This document shows positions 7,615 to 17,889 of a stretch of 32,000 bases of DNA, in pieces. Within the stretch, counting starts at the first letter, position 1; every line of letters begins with the position of its first letter. Location of the stretch: contig NC_010163.1 of NCBI RefSeq assembly GCF_000018785.1, forward strand, positions 1,050,001 through 1,082,000. The letters run 5' to 3'. A program made the position numbers and the translations under genes. The notes beneath the pieces are model-generated. The model ran no database searches. It saw nothing but the letters and a program-made list of their open reading frames with translations, and was not told the origin of the DNA. The stretch is from Acholeplasma laidlawii PG-8A. GTDB lineage: Bacteria > Bacillota_I > Bacilli_A > Acholeplasmatales > Acholeplasmataceae.

Positions 7615-9291
7615 TTAGTACATGAGTTCTTGAATTGGAGGTTTTGGACCGCCTCCGCCTCCGCCACCACTACTCTTTAGATAAGTGAATTCTCTTTGAT
7701 ATACGCGGTAATTGTTTGTAATAAAGAAATTCATTTCATATTCAACGTAGATTTCAAATCTATAAATTTTACCATGTATCAAATCAGGAACTAATATTTG
7801 TTGAACAGAACCACTTAGATTATATTCATAAATCAATGTAGAGTTGTTAAATACTCGAAGTATACCAGATTTATAATTTTGTTTATTTGTAGCATCTGTG
7901 ATGTCAACCTTATACCCGGTACTGTAGTTAGATGGATATAAGGTTTGAGTTGGAGCATTTGAAAGATCTGCATTTTTAATTCTAAATGGAGTTCTGACTA
8001 AATTAAATCCAGCATAATATCTAATACCTGTATATCGATTTTCATAATATCTTTCGGTATATCCACTTGAAAAGATGAATTTATTTGGATTACTGTTATG
8101 TGCACGATATTGTTTATCAAATAAATTATTAATTTCACTATACATTTGTGATTCATTAAGTAAATTTATTCTACCTTTTACTTGTACATATTTATCGGGA
8201 TCTCTGGTGAAATTAGTCACGCCGTAACTACTGCTAATATTTCTGTAGATGACATCTGTATCAGCAAATGTGATTGCCATACCACGATGTTTGTTGGCAA
8301 TAAATCCTTCTTGCTCAACATAATTTTCACTCCATGATATTGTGTTAGTGTTTATATTATGTTCAATCAAGTAATCAAAACGGATATTTTTTCCCATATT
8401 ATATGGATTCAGGAGTGCTGTTAAGAATGCAGTTATATTATCTAAAATTAATGCATATTGCTCGGCTGCATATTGAGCCTCTTGTCCCATCATCCAATAG
8501 ATAGCGGCAAAAGCAAGTTTACCTAAAGGATGTTGGGTGATTAGTGTCTCTGGTAAACTTAATATTTGGGAAACCAATGTATCAATAATCAAGTTACCTA
8601 AATTTTTACCAGTACTTGAGACTAGTTCACCTAAAGATTTGTGCGAAAAATCTTGTACCGTTTCTACTCCAATGCCTTTTACTAATTCTACTATAAATTT
8701 TGTATATGGATCCTCAATATTTTCTGTATCATAAATGGAATCTGCTATAGCATCGATGACATTATCCATCGTCACCTCTACTGATGCCATCACCATATTT
8801 TCGTCTAAGAAAATTTGAACCACAGGCGCTAATTTATCCAACTTCTTAGTTAAAATTAGTTCGATTGAATAGCCAATTGCTTTTTCGTAGTATGATTGAG
8901 CATTATTTTGTTGTTCAATCATGAGTTCATCCATAGCTGTCTCATAAGCAAGTAAGAGTAAAATAAGTTCTGATGTCAATTTGGCATCATATTTTACAAA
9001 TAAAGACTTGTAGAAATGAAAAATCTTATTTTTAATTTCTAACATAGGCACAAATTGTAAAGGTAAGGCAATTGCAGCATTTTTGTAATAAGGATCTGTT
9101 GCCATATCTTCTAAATTGATTTCCCATGTGGCAGCACTATAGTCACCATCGACAAATACATCGCCATTCAGGTCGACTTCAGTTATATTCCCATTACTAT
9201 CACGGTTTACACCATCATAGGCATGAGCATTATTTGCTGTTAGTATAGTTGCAGATAAAGCAACTACTAAAAGCAGCATGATTTTTTTCAT
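7615..9291 (-). CDS. Large secreted protein of unknown function, with signal peptide, helical region, beta-rich C-terminal region and GGGGGGG-PKPP tail
   Basis: MKKIMLLLVVALSATILTANNAHA signal sequence, AGGAGG RBS upstream; C-terminus SSGGGGGGGPKPPIQELMY. Confidence 0.8.
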   Translation of the reverse strand: MKKIMLLLVVALSATILTANNAHAYDGVNRDSNGNITEVDLNGDVFVDGDYSAATWEINLEDMATDPYYKNAAIALPLQFVPMLEIKNKIFHFYKSLFVKYDAKLTSELILLLLAYETAMDELMIEQQNNAQSYYEKAIGYSIELILTKKLDKLAPVVQIFLDENMVMASVEVTMDNVIDAIADSIYDTENIEDPYTKFIVELVKGIGVETVQDFSHKSLGELVSSTGKNLGNLIIDTLVSQILSLPETLITQHPLGKLAFAAIYWMMGQEAQYAAEQYALILDNITAFLTALLNPYNMGKNIRFDYLIEHNINTNTISWSENYVEQEGFIANKHRGMAITFADTDVIYRNISSSYGVTNFTRDPDKYVQVKGRINLLNESQMYSEINNLFDKQYRAHNSNPNKFIFSSGYTERYYENRYTGIRYYAGFNLVRTPFRIKNADLSNAPTQTLYPSNYSTGYKVDITDATNKQNYKSGILRVFNNSTLIYEYNLSGSVQQILVPDLIHGKIYRFEIYVEYEMNFFITNNYRVYQREFTYLKSSGGGGGGGPKPPIQELMY

Positions 9292-9446
9292 GTCTTATCC
9301 TCCTATTATTTTTTTACATGAGTCTACAACATTAATTACCCCAATTAATTTACATTTGATGTCGTAGTTCGGTTTAATTTTAATCCTTTTTATATTCTTA
9401 GAAAACGTCATATATGTCGCATATAATTCTTTTGTGTTACTCAAAA

Positions 9447-9483
9447 AAAAACCACAAATGAGGATATTCATATTTGTGGTTTT
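9447..9483 (-). terminator. Terminator after the SGNH hydrolase gene
   Basis: 12-bp perfect stem AAAACCACAAAT/ATTTGTGGTTTT with a long T tract on the minus strand. Confidence 0.85.
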
Positions 9484-9493
9484 CAATATCAAT

Positions 9494-10147
9494 TTATAAG
9501 TTACTTAATATATTTCTAGCATATACTTCATAACCCTTAGGGTTAAGATGTATACCATCATAAGTGTAGTTCGTATTTAGGTAGCCTTCGCTATCTAATA
9601 AATCATCAAATTGGTGTAAATATGTCATATCATTTGATTTGGCGTAGTTCATGACTTTAAAGTTTATAGACTTTAATTCACCATTGGTTCGGCCACCAAT
9701 GTAGATCTTCTTATAAAGTGGGTGCTGCGTACTAACTACTGGCGTTGTAGATAAGTAGTACAACTTAGCAGATGGAAATTTTGATTTCAATACGTCTAGT
9801 ACTTTAATAATATTTTCATAAGCCTCTGCTACACTAGCTTCTAGTAAGACAAGATCATTTGAACCTATAGATATAAATATGGATTTAGGGTTTATCTTAC
9901 CTAAGATAACGTCTAGGTTATCTAGTATAAGTTTTGTAGTAGCACCAGCTACACCACGATTAAGTGCATTTAACGTAGGCAAATACCTTTTTAAATTAAA
10001 GAACTCAATCATAGAGTCTCCAATAAAGATTACATCTTGATTAAAGAGATTTACCACATTATCTTTACTATAAGTATTTAAGACTTTAGATGAAGTCTTT
10101 TCTATCATTTGTTGTAAGCCTTTAAGCTCTTGATGTGTTAATTTCAT
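9494..10147 (-). CDS. SGNH/GDSL-family hydrolase (lipase/esterase-like)
   Basis: Motifs IFIGDSMIE, NRGVAGATT, SIGSNDL and YDGIHLNPKGY, corresponding to SGNH blocks I, II, III and V. Confidence 0.88.
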   Translation of the reverse strand: MKLTHQELKGLQQMIEKTSSKVLNTYSKDNVVNLFNQDVIFIGDSMIEFFNLKRYLPTLNALNRGVAGATTKLILDNLDVILGKINPKSIFISIGSNDLVLLEASVAEAYENIIKVLDVLKSKFPSAKLYYLSTTPVVSTQHPLYKKIYIGGRTNGELKSINFKVMNYAKSNDMTYLHQFDDLLDSEGYLNTNYTYDGIHLNPKGYEVYARNILSNL

Positions 10148-10272
10148 ATAAAGTGCTCCTCACATAAATGGACTACTGTAATTATAACATTTAAGCTGTT
10201 TTTAATAGATTTAGTGCTTAATTATGTTATACTTACAATAAATAGTAACCTAAAAAACGGAGGTATCACTAG

Positions 10273-11973
10273 ATGAAAGACTATTTATTAGACGAAACAT
10301 CCTTTATATTGCAATTTAACAGAATCCCTTGTAATTCAGAATCAGATATCCTAAGTTCCAGACCATTTGGGCTTGTCTTAAGACGTTATTTACAACATAC
10401 TAAGAAATTAGAAAATCCAGATTTTAAATGGATATTAAAAATCAGACAAAGTGATTTAATATCTATTTATAAAGCACTACTTGTTTGGCCATATGAAGAA
10501 GTGGTACAAAGATTAGATGCTTTAAGTCATAGACTCAATAGATACCACTTCTTCTTATTTACAGAAGAGTTTTATAACTACTGGAGAAAGTTTGAACGTT
10601 ATGGCTTTTTATCTAGAACAAGATTTGATGATGATAAGTCGATGAATAAACGTTTAATTAATACAACAGAAAGTTTTTCTAATTTAGTGCTTAATTTATA
10701 TCGTACAGTGACTGAAAAAATATTAGATAGAAATTACCACTTACTTCGCCAACTACCTGCTGGTACACAAGCAAACCTTTCCTTAGTATCTAACCCATGG
10801 ACTTATGATGCACCTTATACAAAGTTAACTGATAATAGATTTGTTACTGGCATTGTAATTACACCACCTTTAATGATTTATTCTAAATCCAATACAAGAA
10901 CAGGCATTTTTAAAGAAGTCTTTAATAACCCCTTAAAAGATATTGAACTACACAAAAATGATTATGTAGTAGTTGCAATTAAAGTAGGACCTTTCTTAAC
11001 TTATGCATATATTCATAACAAGTTTATGAAATATGCAGTCACCTTAGGATCACTATTTGAAATGGTATCCTTTCAAGAGTATAAAGATAAAAAGCCTGAT
11101 CTCATCTATGTATATGGTATCAATGAATCTAAATATGATGGTACATATTACCACGATAAAGAAAATGACATCTATGCAGGCTTTGTAAGCATTGATGATA
11201 AAAATGACTATTTTGGTTATGTTAAGAAAATGTTATTAACCCTACATAACGTTAAAATGATACATGAAAAGAAATTACCAATTCATGGTGCTATGTTTAG
11301 ACTACAACTTAAAGGTGGTAAGACTAAACATGTAGTCATTATTGGAGATAGTGGTGCTGGTAAATCAGAAACCATAGAATCCTTACGAGTCGTTGGTGAA
11401 GGTAAAGTTACTTCGATTGAAATCATCTATGATGATATGGGTACCTTTGACATTAAAGATGGTAAAATAGTAAGCTATGGTACTGAAATTGGGGCATTTG
11501 TAAGACTAGATGACCTGGACCAAGGCTATGCCTATAAACAAATCGATAGAGCGGTATTTTTAAACCCTAATAAGACAAATGCTAGAGTAGTATTACCTGC
11601 AGCTGATTATGAGTTTGTAATGAAGGATCATAAGGTAGATTTACTACTTTATGCAAATAACTATGATGAAACAAAATCCGGTTTAGAAATATTTGATGCA
11701 TCAGATGATGCAGCTAAAATATTTGAAGATGGAAAGAGAATGGCAAAAGGTACTACAAGTGAAGTTGGTATGACTTCTACTTACTTTGCTAATCCATTTG
11801 GACCTGTACAACATGAAGAACTAACTAAATCATTAATTACTACCTACTTTAACAAGTTAAAAGACAACAATATCCCGGTAGGTGTAATTTATACTAAGTT
11901 AGCACTTGATGGCTATGAACAAAAAGGGCCACAAGAAGCAGCTCTCAAATTATTAGAATATTTAGTTAAATAA
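10273..11973 (+). CDS. HPr kinase/PEPCK-superfamily-like P-loop protein with a large N-terminal extension
   Basis: Walker A IIGDSGAGKSETIESLR (HprK-like) followed by IIYDDMGTF; GGAGG RBS; 566 aa, longer than ordinary HprK. Confidence 0.55.
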   Translation: MKDYLLDETSFILQFNRIPCNSESDILSSRPFGLVLRRYLQHTKKLENPDFKWILKIRQSDLISIYKALLVWPYEEVVQRLDALSHRLNRYHFFLFTEEFYNYWRKFERYGFLSRTRFDDDKSMNKRLINTTESFSNLVLNLYRTVTEKILDRNYHLLRQLPAGTQANLSLVSNPWTYDAPYTKLTDNRFVTGIVITPPLMIYSKSNTRTGIFKEVFNNPLKDIELHKNDYVVVAIKVGPFLTYAYIHNKFMKYAVTLGSLFEMVSFQEYKDKKPDLIYVYGINESKYDGTYYHDKENDIYAGFVSIDDKNDYFGYVKKMLLTLHNVKMIHEKKLPIHGAMFRLQLKGGKTKHVVIIGDSGAGKSETIESLRVVGEGKVTSIEIIYDDMGTFDIKDGKIVSYGTEIGAFVRLDDLDQGYAYKQIDRAVFLNPNKTNARVVLPAADYEFVMKDHKVDLLLYANNYDETKSGLEIFDASDDAAKIFEDGKRMAKGTTSEVGMTSTYFANPFGPVQHEELTKSLITTYFNKLKDNNIPVGVIYTKLALDGYEQKGPQEAALKLLEYLVK

Positions 11974-11990
11974 TATTTATCCAATTCAAA

Positions 11991-12018
11991 ACATCTGAAA
12001 TACTCAGATGTTTTTTTA
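11991..12018 (+). terminator. Terminator after 10273..11973
   Basis: ACATCTGA-AATAC-TCAGATGT followed by TTTTTTATT. Confidence 0.8.
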
Positions 12019-12136
12019 TTAACTAGACTTTTATTTTATCTTTAACTTTTTTTAAGTTTAGGTATTAAGTGATTTAAAGTCTTTACAATACGTGTACCTT
12101 GCACATTCGTTCATACATGGTTATTAGTCCTTATAA

Positions 12137-12172
12137 TAAAAAACATGGCGCAATGCTTGATGCGCCATGTTT
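12137..12172 (-). terminator. Terminator after nox
   Basis: 12-bp perfect stem AAACATGGCGCA/TGCGCCATGTTT plus T tract on the minus strand. Confidence 0.85.
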
Positions 12173-12184
12173 AGTTATATAGTA

Positions 12185-13522
12185 TTAATTTTTGTTTAAT
12201 GCAGCGAGTGCAGCTGTATTTAGTAAATTCCAAGGTTTACTGTAATGTGGTTGGAAGAAAAAGTCTGCAAATGCTAGTTGTTCAATAGTCATCTTGTTTT
12301 GGATTGCTAAACTTAAGATATTCATTTGTGCAGTTAAATCATATTTAGATAAGATTTGACCACCAAGTAAACGCTTAGTATGTTTTTCATATACTAACTT
12401 TAATAATACATCATCATAACTTGGCATAAACTCTGGTCTATTATGATCATGGATAGTAATTGTTTCATATTCAATACCTGCTTGTTGTGCTACCCCTTCG
12501 GTTAAACCGGTAGATGAAATATTTAAATCATATATTTTAATACCAGATGTACCTTGTGTACCTACATAAGGTACATGTTGGTCAACAATATTTAAACCCA
12601 CAAGTGTACCCATACGAACTGCATTTGTAGCTAGTGGTATATATCTAACTTCATCTGTTGGATTATAGATAATGTTTGCATTATCGCCACATGCAAACAC
12701 ATCAGGGTTTGATGTTTGCATGTATTCATTCGTAATTAAAGCGCCATTTGGCGTGGTTTCTAGTATACCTTTGTATAAAGTGTCATTTGGTTTGAAACCA
12801 ATGCACATAATAACTAAATCTGTTTCATATGTAGCTTTATTTGTTTTAATGTGTGTTACTAGATCATTTGATGTTATAAAACTATCTACTTTTTCACCTA
12901 ATGCTAATTTGACGCCATTATCAGTAAATGCTTTTTGTGCATGATAAGTAAACTCTTCATCTAAGTACTTAGGCATAATACGTTCTTCACCATCAATTAA
13001 GACTACTTCTTTACCTAAGAGTTCAAATGCTTCTGCAAGTTCAACACCAATATAACCTGCACCAACTACTACAATTTTTTGAGCATGTTTAGCTTGTTCA
13101 ATAATTTCATTTGCTTGATTAAAGTTTTTAGATAGTAAGACATTACTTGAACTAATACCAGGGATTCTTGGGATAATAGGCCATGATCCTGTGGATAATA
13201 CTAACTTATCAAATGAATCTACCGAGATTTCATTTGTAGTTAGATTTTTAACTGTAACAGTCTTTTTATCATAATCGATTGCTTCTACATTATATTCCAT
13301 AAAGACATTAGCACCTAATTGTCTTAGTTCTTCTGGACTTGAATAAAATAATCCATTCACATCTTTTACAATACCACCAACATAAAGGGCGATACCACAT
13401 GATAAGAAGGATACATTATCATTTCTTTCATATACATTTACTTCAATATCTTTGTTATGATTTAACATTGATTTTACTGCTGCTGTACCTGCGTGTGTAC
13501 AACCTATAACAACAACTTTCAT
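12185..13522 (-). CDS. nox: NADH oxidase (FAD-dependent, Nox/CoA-disulfide reductase family)
   Basis: MKVVVIGCTHAGTAAVKSML, redox Cys in VSFLSCGIALYVGG, second nucleotide-binding motif IVVVGAGYIGVELAE, FACGDN. Confidence 0.93.
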   Translation of the reverse strand: MKVVVIGCTHAGTAAVKSMLNHNKDIEVNVYERNDNVSFLSCGIALYVGGIVKDVNGLFYSSPEELRQLGANVFMEYNVEAIDYDKKTVTVKNLTTNEISVDSFDKLVLSTGSWPIIPRIPGISSSNVLLSKNFNQANEIIEQAKHAQKIVVVGAGYIGVELAEAFELLGKEVVLIDGEERIMPKYLDEEFTYHAQKAFTDNGVKLALGEKVDSFITSNDLVTHIKTNKATYETDLVIMCIGFKPNDTLYKGILETTPNGALITNEYMQTSNPDVFACGDNANIIYNPTDEVRYIPLATNAVRMGTLVGLNIVDQHVPYVGTQGTSGIKIYDLNISSTGLTEGVAQQAGIEYETITIHDHNRPEFMPSYDDVLLKLVYEKHTKRLLGGQILSKYDLTAQMNILSLAIQNKMTIEQLAFADFFFQPHYSKPWNLLNTAALAALNKN

Positions 13523-13712
13523 CGATATTACCTCTGACTTTCTTATTTTGAACTTTGTTATCTCGCTTAAGACAATTGCATTATAGGCCGTATATATAAT
13601 GTATGGGATTTATTGCTTATGAAAACGTTTCACACAATTTAATTGTGGTTGTTTTGCGAGAATCTATCCTTGTGGAGCATTTTACTTTAAATATTAAAAA
13701 ATAGTGTACAGC

Positions 13713-13746
13713 AAAAGAAAAAGAGATGCACACTTTTGAGCATCTC
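13713..13746 (-). terminator. Terminator of the polysaccharide/glm operon
   Basis: Minus strand GAGATGC-TCAAAAGTGT-GCATCTC followed by TTTTTCTTTT. Confidence 0.8.
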
Positions 13747-13764
13747 CACGATTCTTATAATATA

Positions 13765-15147
13765 CTATTCTTCTTTTTTAGGTTTTGGACTAATCAAGTA
13801 TTTTGAGTAGTCTTCTTTAGTCACTTGACGGCTTCTTGCAATAGCAAACCCGTTATCAGGAATGTCCTTAGTCACTGTTGAACCTGCTGCAATAAAGACA
13901 TTGTCTCCAATTTTTATTGGTGCAATAAGGTTTGTATTGCATCCAATAAAGACATTGTCTCCTATTTCAGTTTTATGTTTTAACTTTCCGTCGTAGTTCA
14001 CTGTAACAGAACCACAACCAAAGTTAACAGATTCACCAACAACTGAATCACCAATGTAAGCTAGGTGGCTTGCTTTTGTGTTGTGTCCTGTACTAGATTT
14101 TTTAACCTCTACGAAGTTACCAATTCTATTATGTGTACCAATATCAGCATGATCTCTTAAATGAGCAAATGGACCAACTGTTGTTCCTTCTCTAACGATA
14201 CTATCATAAACAAGACTGTGTCTGACTACTACATGACTATCAATTCGTGAGTTATGTATTTCTGTATTAGGTCCTACAATTGCCCCTGCTTTAATTACTG
14301 TGTCCCCAGTAATTGTAGTATTGGGGTTAATTGTAACACCTGGTTCAATTATGACGTTATGTCCAATTGTAATGGTTTCTGGGTTAATCATTGATACCCC
14401 ATTTAGCATATGATCTTTATTAATATATTCTCTTAAATACTTCTCAGCTTTGCTGATTGCATATAAGTCATTTACACCCATAGCTAAAGAGTTATTTTTG
14501 ATCATATATGAACCTATCTTATAATCTTTTTTCATTAACTCTACCATATCTGTGATATAGTACTCACCTTTAGCGTTGTTGTTATTCAAGTTTTTTAATA
14601 AAGAAAAGAACTTTTTATTATTAACAATGTATATACCAGTATTGACTTCTTTAATTTCTTTTTCAAAGTCGTTAGCATCTTTTTCTTCAACAATACGTTG
14701 AATGACACCTTGTTCATTACGTACAATACGTCCATAACCTTCTGGATCTTCATAATGAGCTGTAACGATTGTAAAATCATTACCATTGTCTTCATGAACA
14801 GCAAACATTCTATCAATAGATTTATACCAGATGAGTGGCACATCACCAGGCATAATAAACGTATTACCATCTAGTTTAGATAATACTGGTGCAGCCATCA
14901 TGGCTGCATGACCAGTACCTAGTTGTTCTTCTTGATAGACATACTTAGCACGGTCTTTAACAATACCTTCTACAACTTCTCTTTTATATCCTAATACAAG
15001 GTAGATTTCTTCTACACTTGATTTTTCAATATTTTCTACAATATACTCAATCATTGGTTTTCTTAGTATTGGAAAAGCAACTTTAGGTATATCTGATTTC
15101 ATACGAGTGCCTTTACCAGCTGCAAGTACTAATGCATAATTTTTCAT
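13765..15147 (-). CDS. glmU: Bifunctional GlcNAc-1-P uridylyltransferase/GlcN-1-P acetyltransferase
   Basis: [15 protein letters not shown] pyrophosphorylase start; C-terminal left-handed-helix acetyltransferase repeats ending [13 protein letters not shown]...YIGDSVVGE. Confidence 0.96.
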   Translation of the reverse strand: MKNYALVLAAGKGTRMKSDIPKVAFPILRKPMIEYIVENIEKSSVEEIYLVLGYKREVVEGIVKDRAKYVYQEEQLGTGHAAMMAAPVLSKLDGNTFIMPGDVPLIWYKSIDRMFAVHEDNGNDFTIVTAHYEDPEGYGRIVRNEQGVIQRIVEEKDANDFEKEIKEVNTGIYIVNNKKFFSLLKNLNNNNAKGEYYITDMVELMKKDYKIGSYMIKNNSLAMGVNDLYAISKAEKYLREYINKDHMLNGVSMINPETITIGHNVIIEPGVTINPNTTITGDTVIKAGAIVGPNTEIHNSRIDSHVVVRHSLVYDSIVREGTTVGPFAHLRDHADIGTHNRIGNFVEVKKSSTGHNTKASHLAYIGDSVVGESVNFGCGSVTVNYDGKLKHKTEIGDNVFIGCNTNLIAPIKIGDNVFIAAGSTVTKDIPDNGFAIARSRQVTKEDYSKYLISPKPKKEE

Positions 15148-15149
15148 CC

Positions 15150-16469
15150 TTACAATCTCCCCAGATTTTGTATCTTAGTTACAAGTAGTCCCATGTACTT
15201 ATCGAGTTCTAAGATATCTTGACAACTTATTGTAACACGAACTAAAGGTTCTGTACCACTAGGACGTACTAATAATAAAGAATCTTCTGATAGATTTCTT
15301 CTAACTTCTTCTACTAGTTTAATTATTTCGGGATGTTTGAGTACTTCTTTATCAACATTTTTGATGTTGACCATTTTTTGAGGATACATTTCTACTTCCT
15401 TTGTATAATCTTTTAGTGATGTTTTATGTTCTTCTAAGATCTTTAGTATATAAACACCTGCAAATAAACCATCACCTGAAGGCAGTAAGTCATTTATGAT
15501 GATATGTCCTGAATTTTCTCCACCTATGCTTAAATCGTGATTCATAATTTCTTCAGATACATATTTATCTCCTACTGGAGTTTGAAGTACTTTGATACCT
15601 AATGTTTTAAATGCTTTAAGCATACCAGGATTACTCATTTGAGTTAAGACTACTGTATCTTTTTTAAGTTTTCCTTTAGATTTTAAGTACTTAGCTATGA
15701 TGTAGACAATGTAGTCTCCATCAAATGTAGTACCATCCTTGTCTACAACTAAAAGACGATCCCCATCACCATCAAAAGATAGTCCAATGTCTGAACCGTT
15801 ACTTTTAACTGCATTAATGATAGATTCTAAGTGAGTTGATCCTACATTTAAGTTAATGTTTAACCCATCTGGCCTGTTACCTATTTGATAGGTATGTGAT
15901 GCAAAAGACTCTATTACTTTTTTAGAAATAAGATAGTTAGCTCCATTTGCAGAATCATAGGTTATTTTCATAGATGTTTTAGGAATATTTAAATCTTGAT
16001 AGACATTTATATAAATATCTTCTACATCATGTGTTATTTCTATTGAACCTAGTTTCGTTGAAGATAAAACCTCATTATCATCAATGTAGGTTTCTAAATT
16101 AAGTTCTTCTTCATCAAGCATTTTATAACCTGATTTAATGACTTTAATACCATTATCAGTATATGGGTTATGAGATGCAGTGATCATAACTCCTATGATA
16201 TCTTTCACTTTAGAGTAATAAGCAATCATAGGTGTTGAAACAACACCTGCAATTTTTACATTTACTCCAGCTAGTGCTGCACCGTATGCAACACCATATG
16301 CAAGCATGTTTGAAGATAGTCTAGTATCTTGACCAATGATGATTTCACTAGGACTAAACTTTTTAGCTATGGCTTGACCTAATTTAAACGCTAGTTTTGA
16401 ATTTAATTTTTCAAAAGCGATACCGCGTATCCCATCGGTACCAAAATAATTATTTTTCATATTTATCAC
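15150..16469 (-). CDS. glmM: Phosphoglucosamine mutase
   Basis: [44 protein letters not shown]. Confidence 0.96.
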   Translation of the reverse strand: MINMKNNYFGTDGIRGIAFEKLNSKLAFKLGQAIAKKFSPSEIIIGQDTRLSSNMLAYGVAYGAALAGVNVKIAGVVSTPMIAYYSKVKDIIGVMITASHNPYTDNGIKVIKSGYKMLDEEELNLETYIDDNEVLSSTKLGSIEITHDVEDIYINVYQDLNIPKTSMKITYDSANGANYLISKKVIESFASHTYQIGNRPDGLNINLNVGSTHLESIINAVKSNGSDIGLSFDGDGDRLLVVDKDGTTFDGDYIVYIIAKYLKSKGKLKKDTVVLTQMSNPGMLKAFKTLGIKVLQTPVGDKYVSEEIMNHDLSIGGENSGHIIINDLLPSGDGLFAGVYILKILEEHKTSLKDYTKEVEMYPQKMVNIKNVDKEVLKHPEIIKLVEEVRRNLSEDSLLLVRPSGTEPLVRVTISCQDILELDKYMGLLVTKIQNLGRL

Positions 16470-17889
16470 ACCAATTCCGTTTCTTTAATAATGACCTATA
16501 TCCTCTCTTTATTTTACTCCTATAATTAAATACTATTATTAAACTTACTACTGTAAAGTAAATAAAACCAAATATAATATAATTCTGCAAATTTGATAAT
16601 CCGTAAAATAGTCCTCCACTAAATATAATTAGTAGAATATTTTTTTTCCATTTCACTTTGTAAAATTTTATCATATAAAGTTCAGTGATAATGTACCAAA
16701 CGAATAAACTTATAACCGATGATACTGCAATTGCTTCTTTTGTTAGAAAGACGTAATAAAATATTAGGTTTAATATAATTGAAATAATTATTGATAATAT
16801 AGCTATGTAGAAATAATGATTATTCTTGTTCAATACTTTAAAAAAATTATGTTTGATAGCGGTTATTGAAGAAGAAATCATCAATCCCGGCAATGCAATC
16901 ATAAAAATCGTCAAAGATTCACTATATTCGGGTAGAAATTTTGGTATAATCCATTTTAGAGGGAAGTAGGCAGTAAGAGAAAACATGACAAAAATAACAA
17001 TTAGTTGTATTAGTTTACTGTATGTCGTTTGAATATTTGACTTATCAACATTCTTTAGAATTGGATATATTACTATTGACACCGCAGAAACTAATGTGGT
17101 AATTATTGCTAGCATACTATATGCAAAAGAATAAACACTAAAGTCAACTAGGTCAAAAAATATTTCTACTATTTGTCTATCAACTGTTAACACAAGTGTT
17201 GATGTCAGATTAGCCAATAATAACGGTATTCCAATTTTAAACAAATTAAAATACTCTCTTTTTTTGATTAATATTGGGTGATCAGGTTTTACTATAATAT
17301 TTCTGTAGGTATAAAAATATCCTATTAATATAATGAAATTAATAATTATCAAAAATAATATATATACCTTGTAATTGCTGATATTCATCAAAATCATAAT
17401 AGCTATAATAACAATATTTAATAAAGATAATAAAAGAATGCGGTTTGAGTACTCTTTAAATCGAGATACTGCTTGTGATATCAATTGAAAGTAATTGATT
17501 AGGTTTATAATTGGAATGTAGATAAACAACATAATTAATAATATTAGATATTCGTTTTTAACTAATAATAATACTATTGTAACACCTATAAGTGATAACA
17601 TAGTTTGAATTTTTATAAAAAATCTAGTATATATTCTAAACCTGTTTAAATCAAGTTCACTGTAATTTAAACCACCATATTCTAGATAGATACCATCTGC
17701 AAATCCGAAGTGGAATATACCCATGTAAGTAGCATACAATAAAAATATTTTGTAATATCCAAAATCTTCTACTCCAAGTAGTTTAGGTAATAAAAATGCA
17801 ATAAGTATTGAACTAGTAAGTTTTATTATGTTACTGGAAGCAATTCTTAAAACAGCAGTTATTGTGGTGTCTTTACTCAAATCATTCAC
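16450..17889 (-). CDS. wzx: Wzx-type polysaccharide flippase (MATE/MOP superfamily)
   Basis: 479 aa, about 12-14 TM segments; N-terminal LLPKLLGVEDFGYYKIF signature of polysaccharide exporters. Confidence 0.85.
   Translation of the reverse strand: MNDLSKDTTITAVLRIASSNIIKLTSSILIAFLLPKLLGVEDFGYYKIFLLYATYMGIFHFGFADGIYLEYGGLNYSELDLNRFRIYTRFFIKIQTMLSLIGVTIVLLLVKNEYLILLIMLFIYIPIINLINYFQLISQAVSRFKEYSNRILLLSLLNIVIIAIMILMNISNYKVYILFLIIINFIILIGYFYTYRNIIVKPDHPILIKKREYFNLFKIGIPLLLANLTSTLVLTVDRQIVEIFFDLVDFSVYSFAYSMLAIITTLVSAVSIVIYPILKNVDKSNIQTTYSKLIQLIVIFVMFSLTAYFPLKWIIPKFLPEYSESLTIFMIALPGLMISSSITAIKHNFFKVLNKNNHYFYIAILSIIISIILNLIFYYVFLTKEAIAVSSVISLFVWYIITELYMIKFYKVKWKKNILLIIFSGGLFYGLSNLQNYIIFGFIYFTVVSLIIVFNYRSKIKRGYRSLLKKRNWCDKYEK

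Noticed and set aside
9295-9492. 65-aa minus-strand ORF
   Set aside because: Spans the terminator at 9447-9483 and abuts the start of the secreted-protein gene; likely fortuitous in AT-rich DNA.
12672-12944. Plus-strand ORF inside nox, and similar antisense ORFs at 8537..8734, 14595..14870, 17982..18185, 18791..19006, 19469..19681, 21119..21304, 22173..22400, 22793..23092, 25961..26407, 26927..27112, 27692..27919 and 31712..31906
   Set aside because: All lie opposite or out of frame within strongly supported coding genes.
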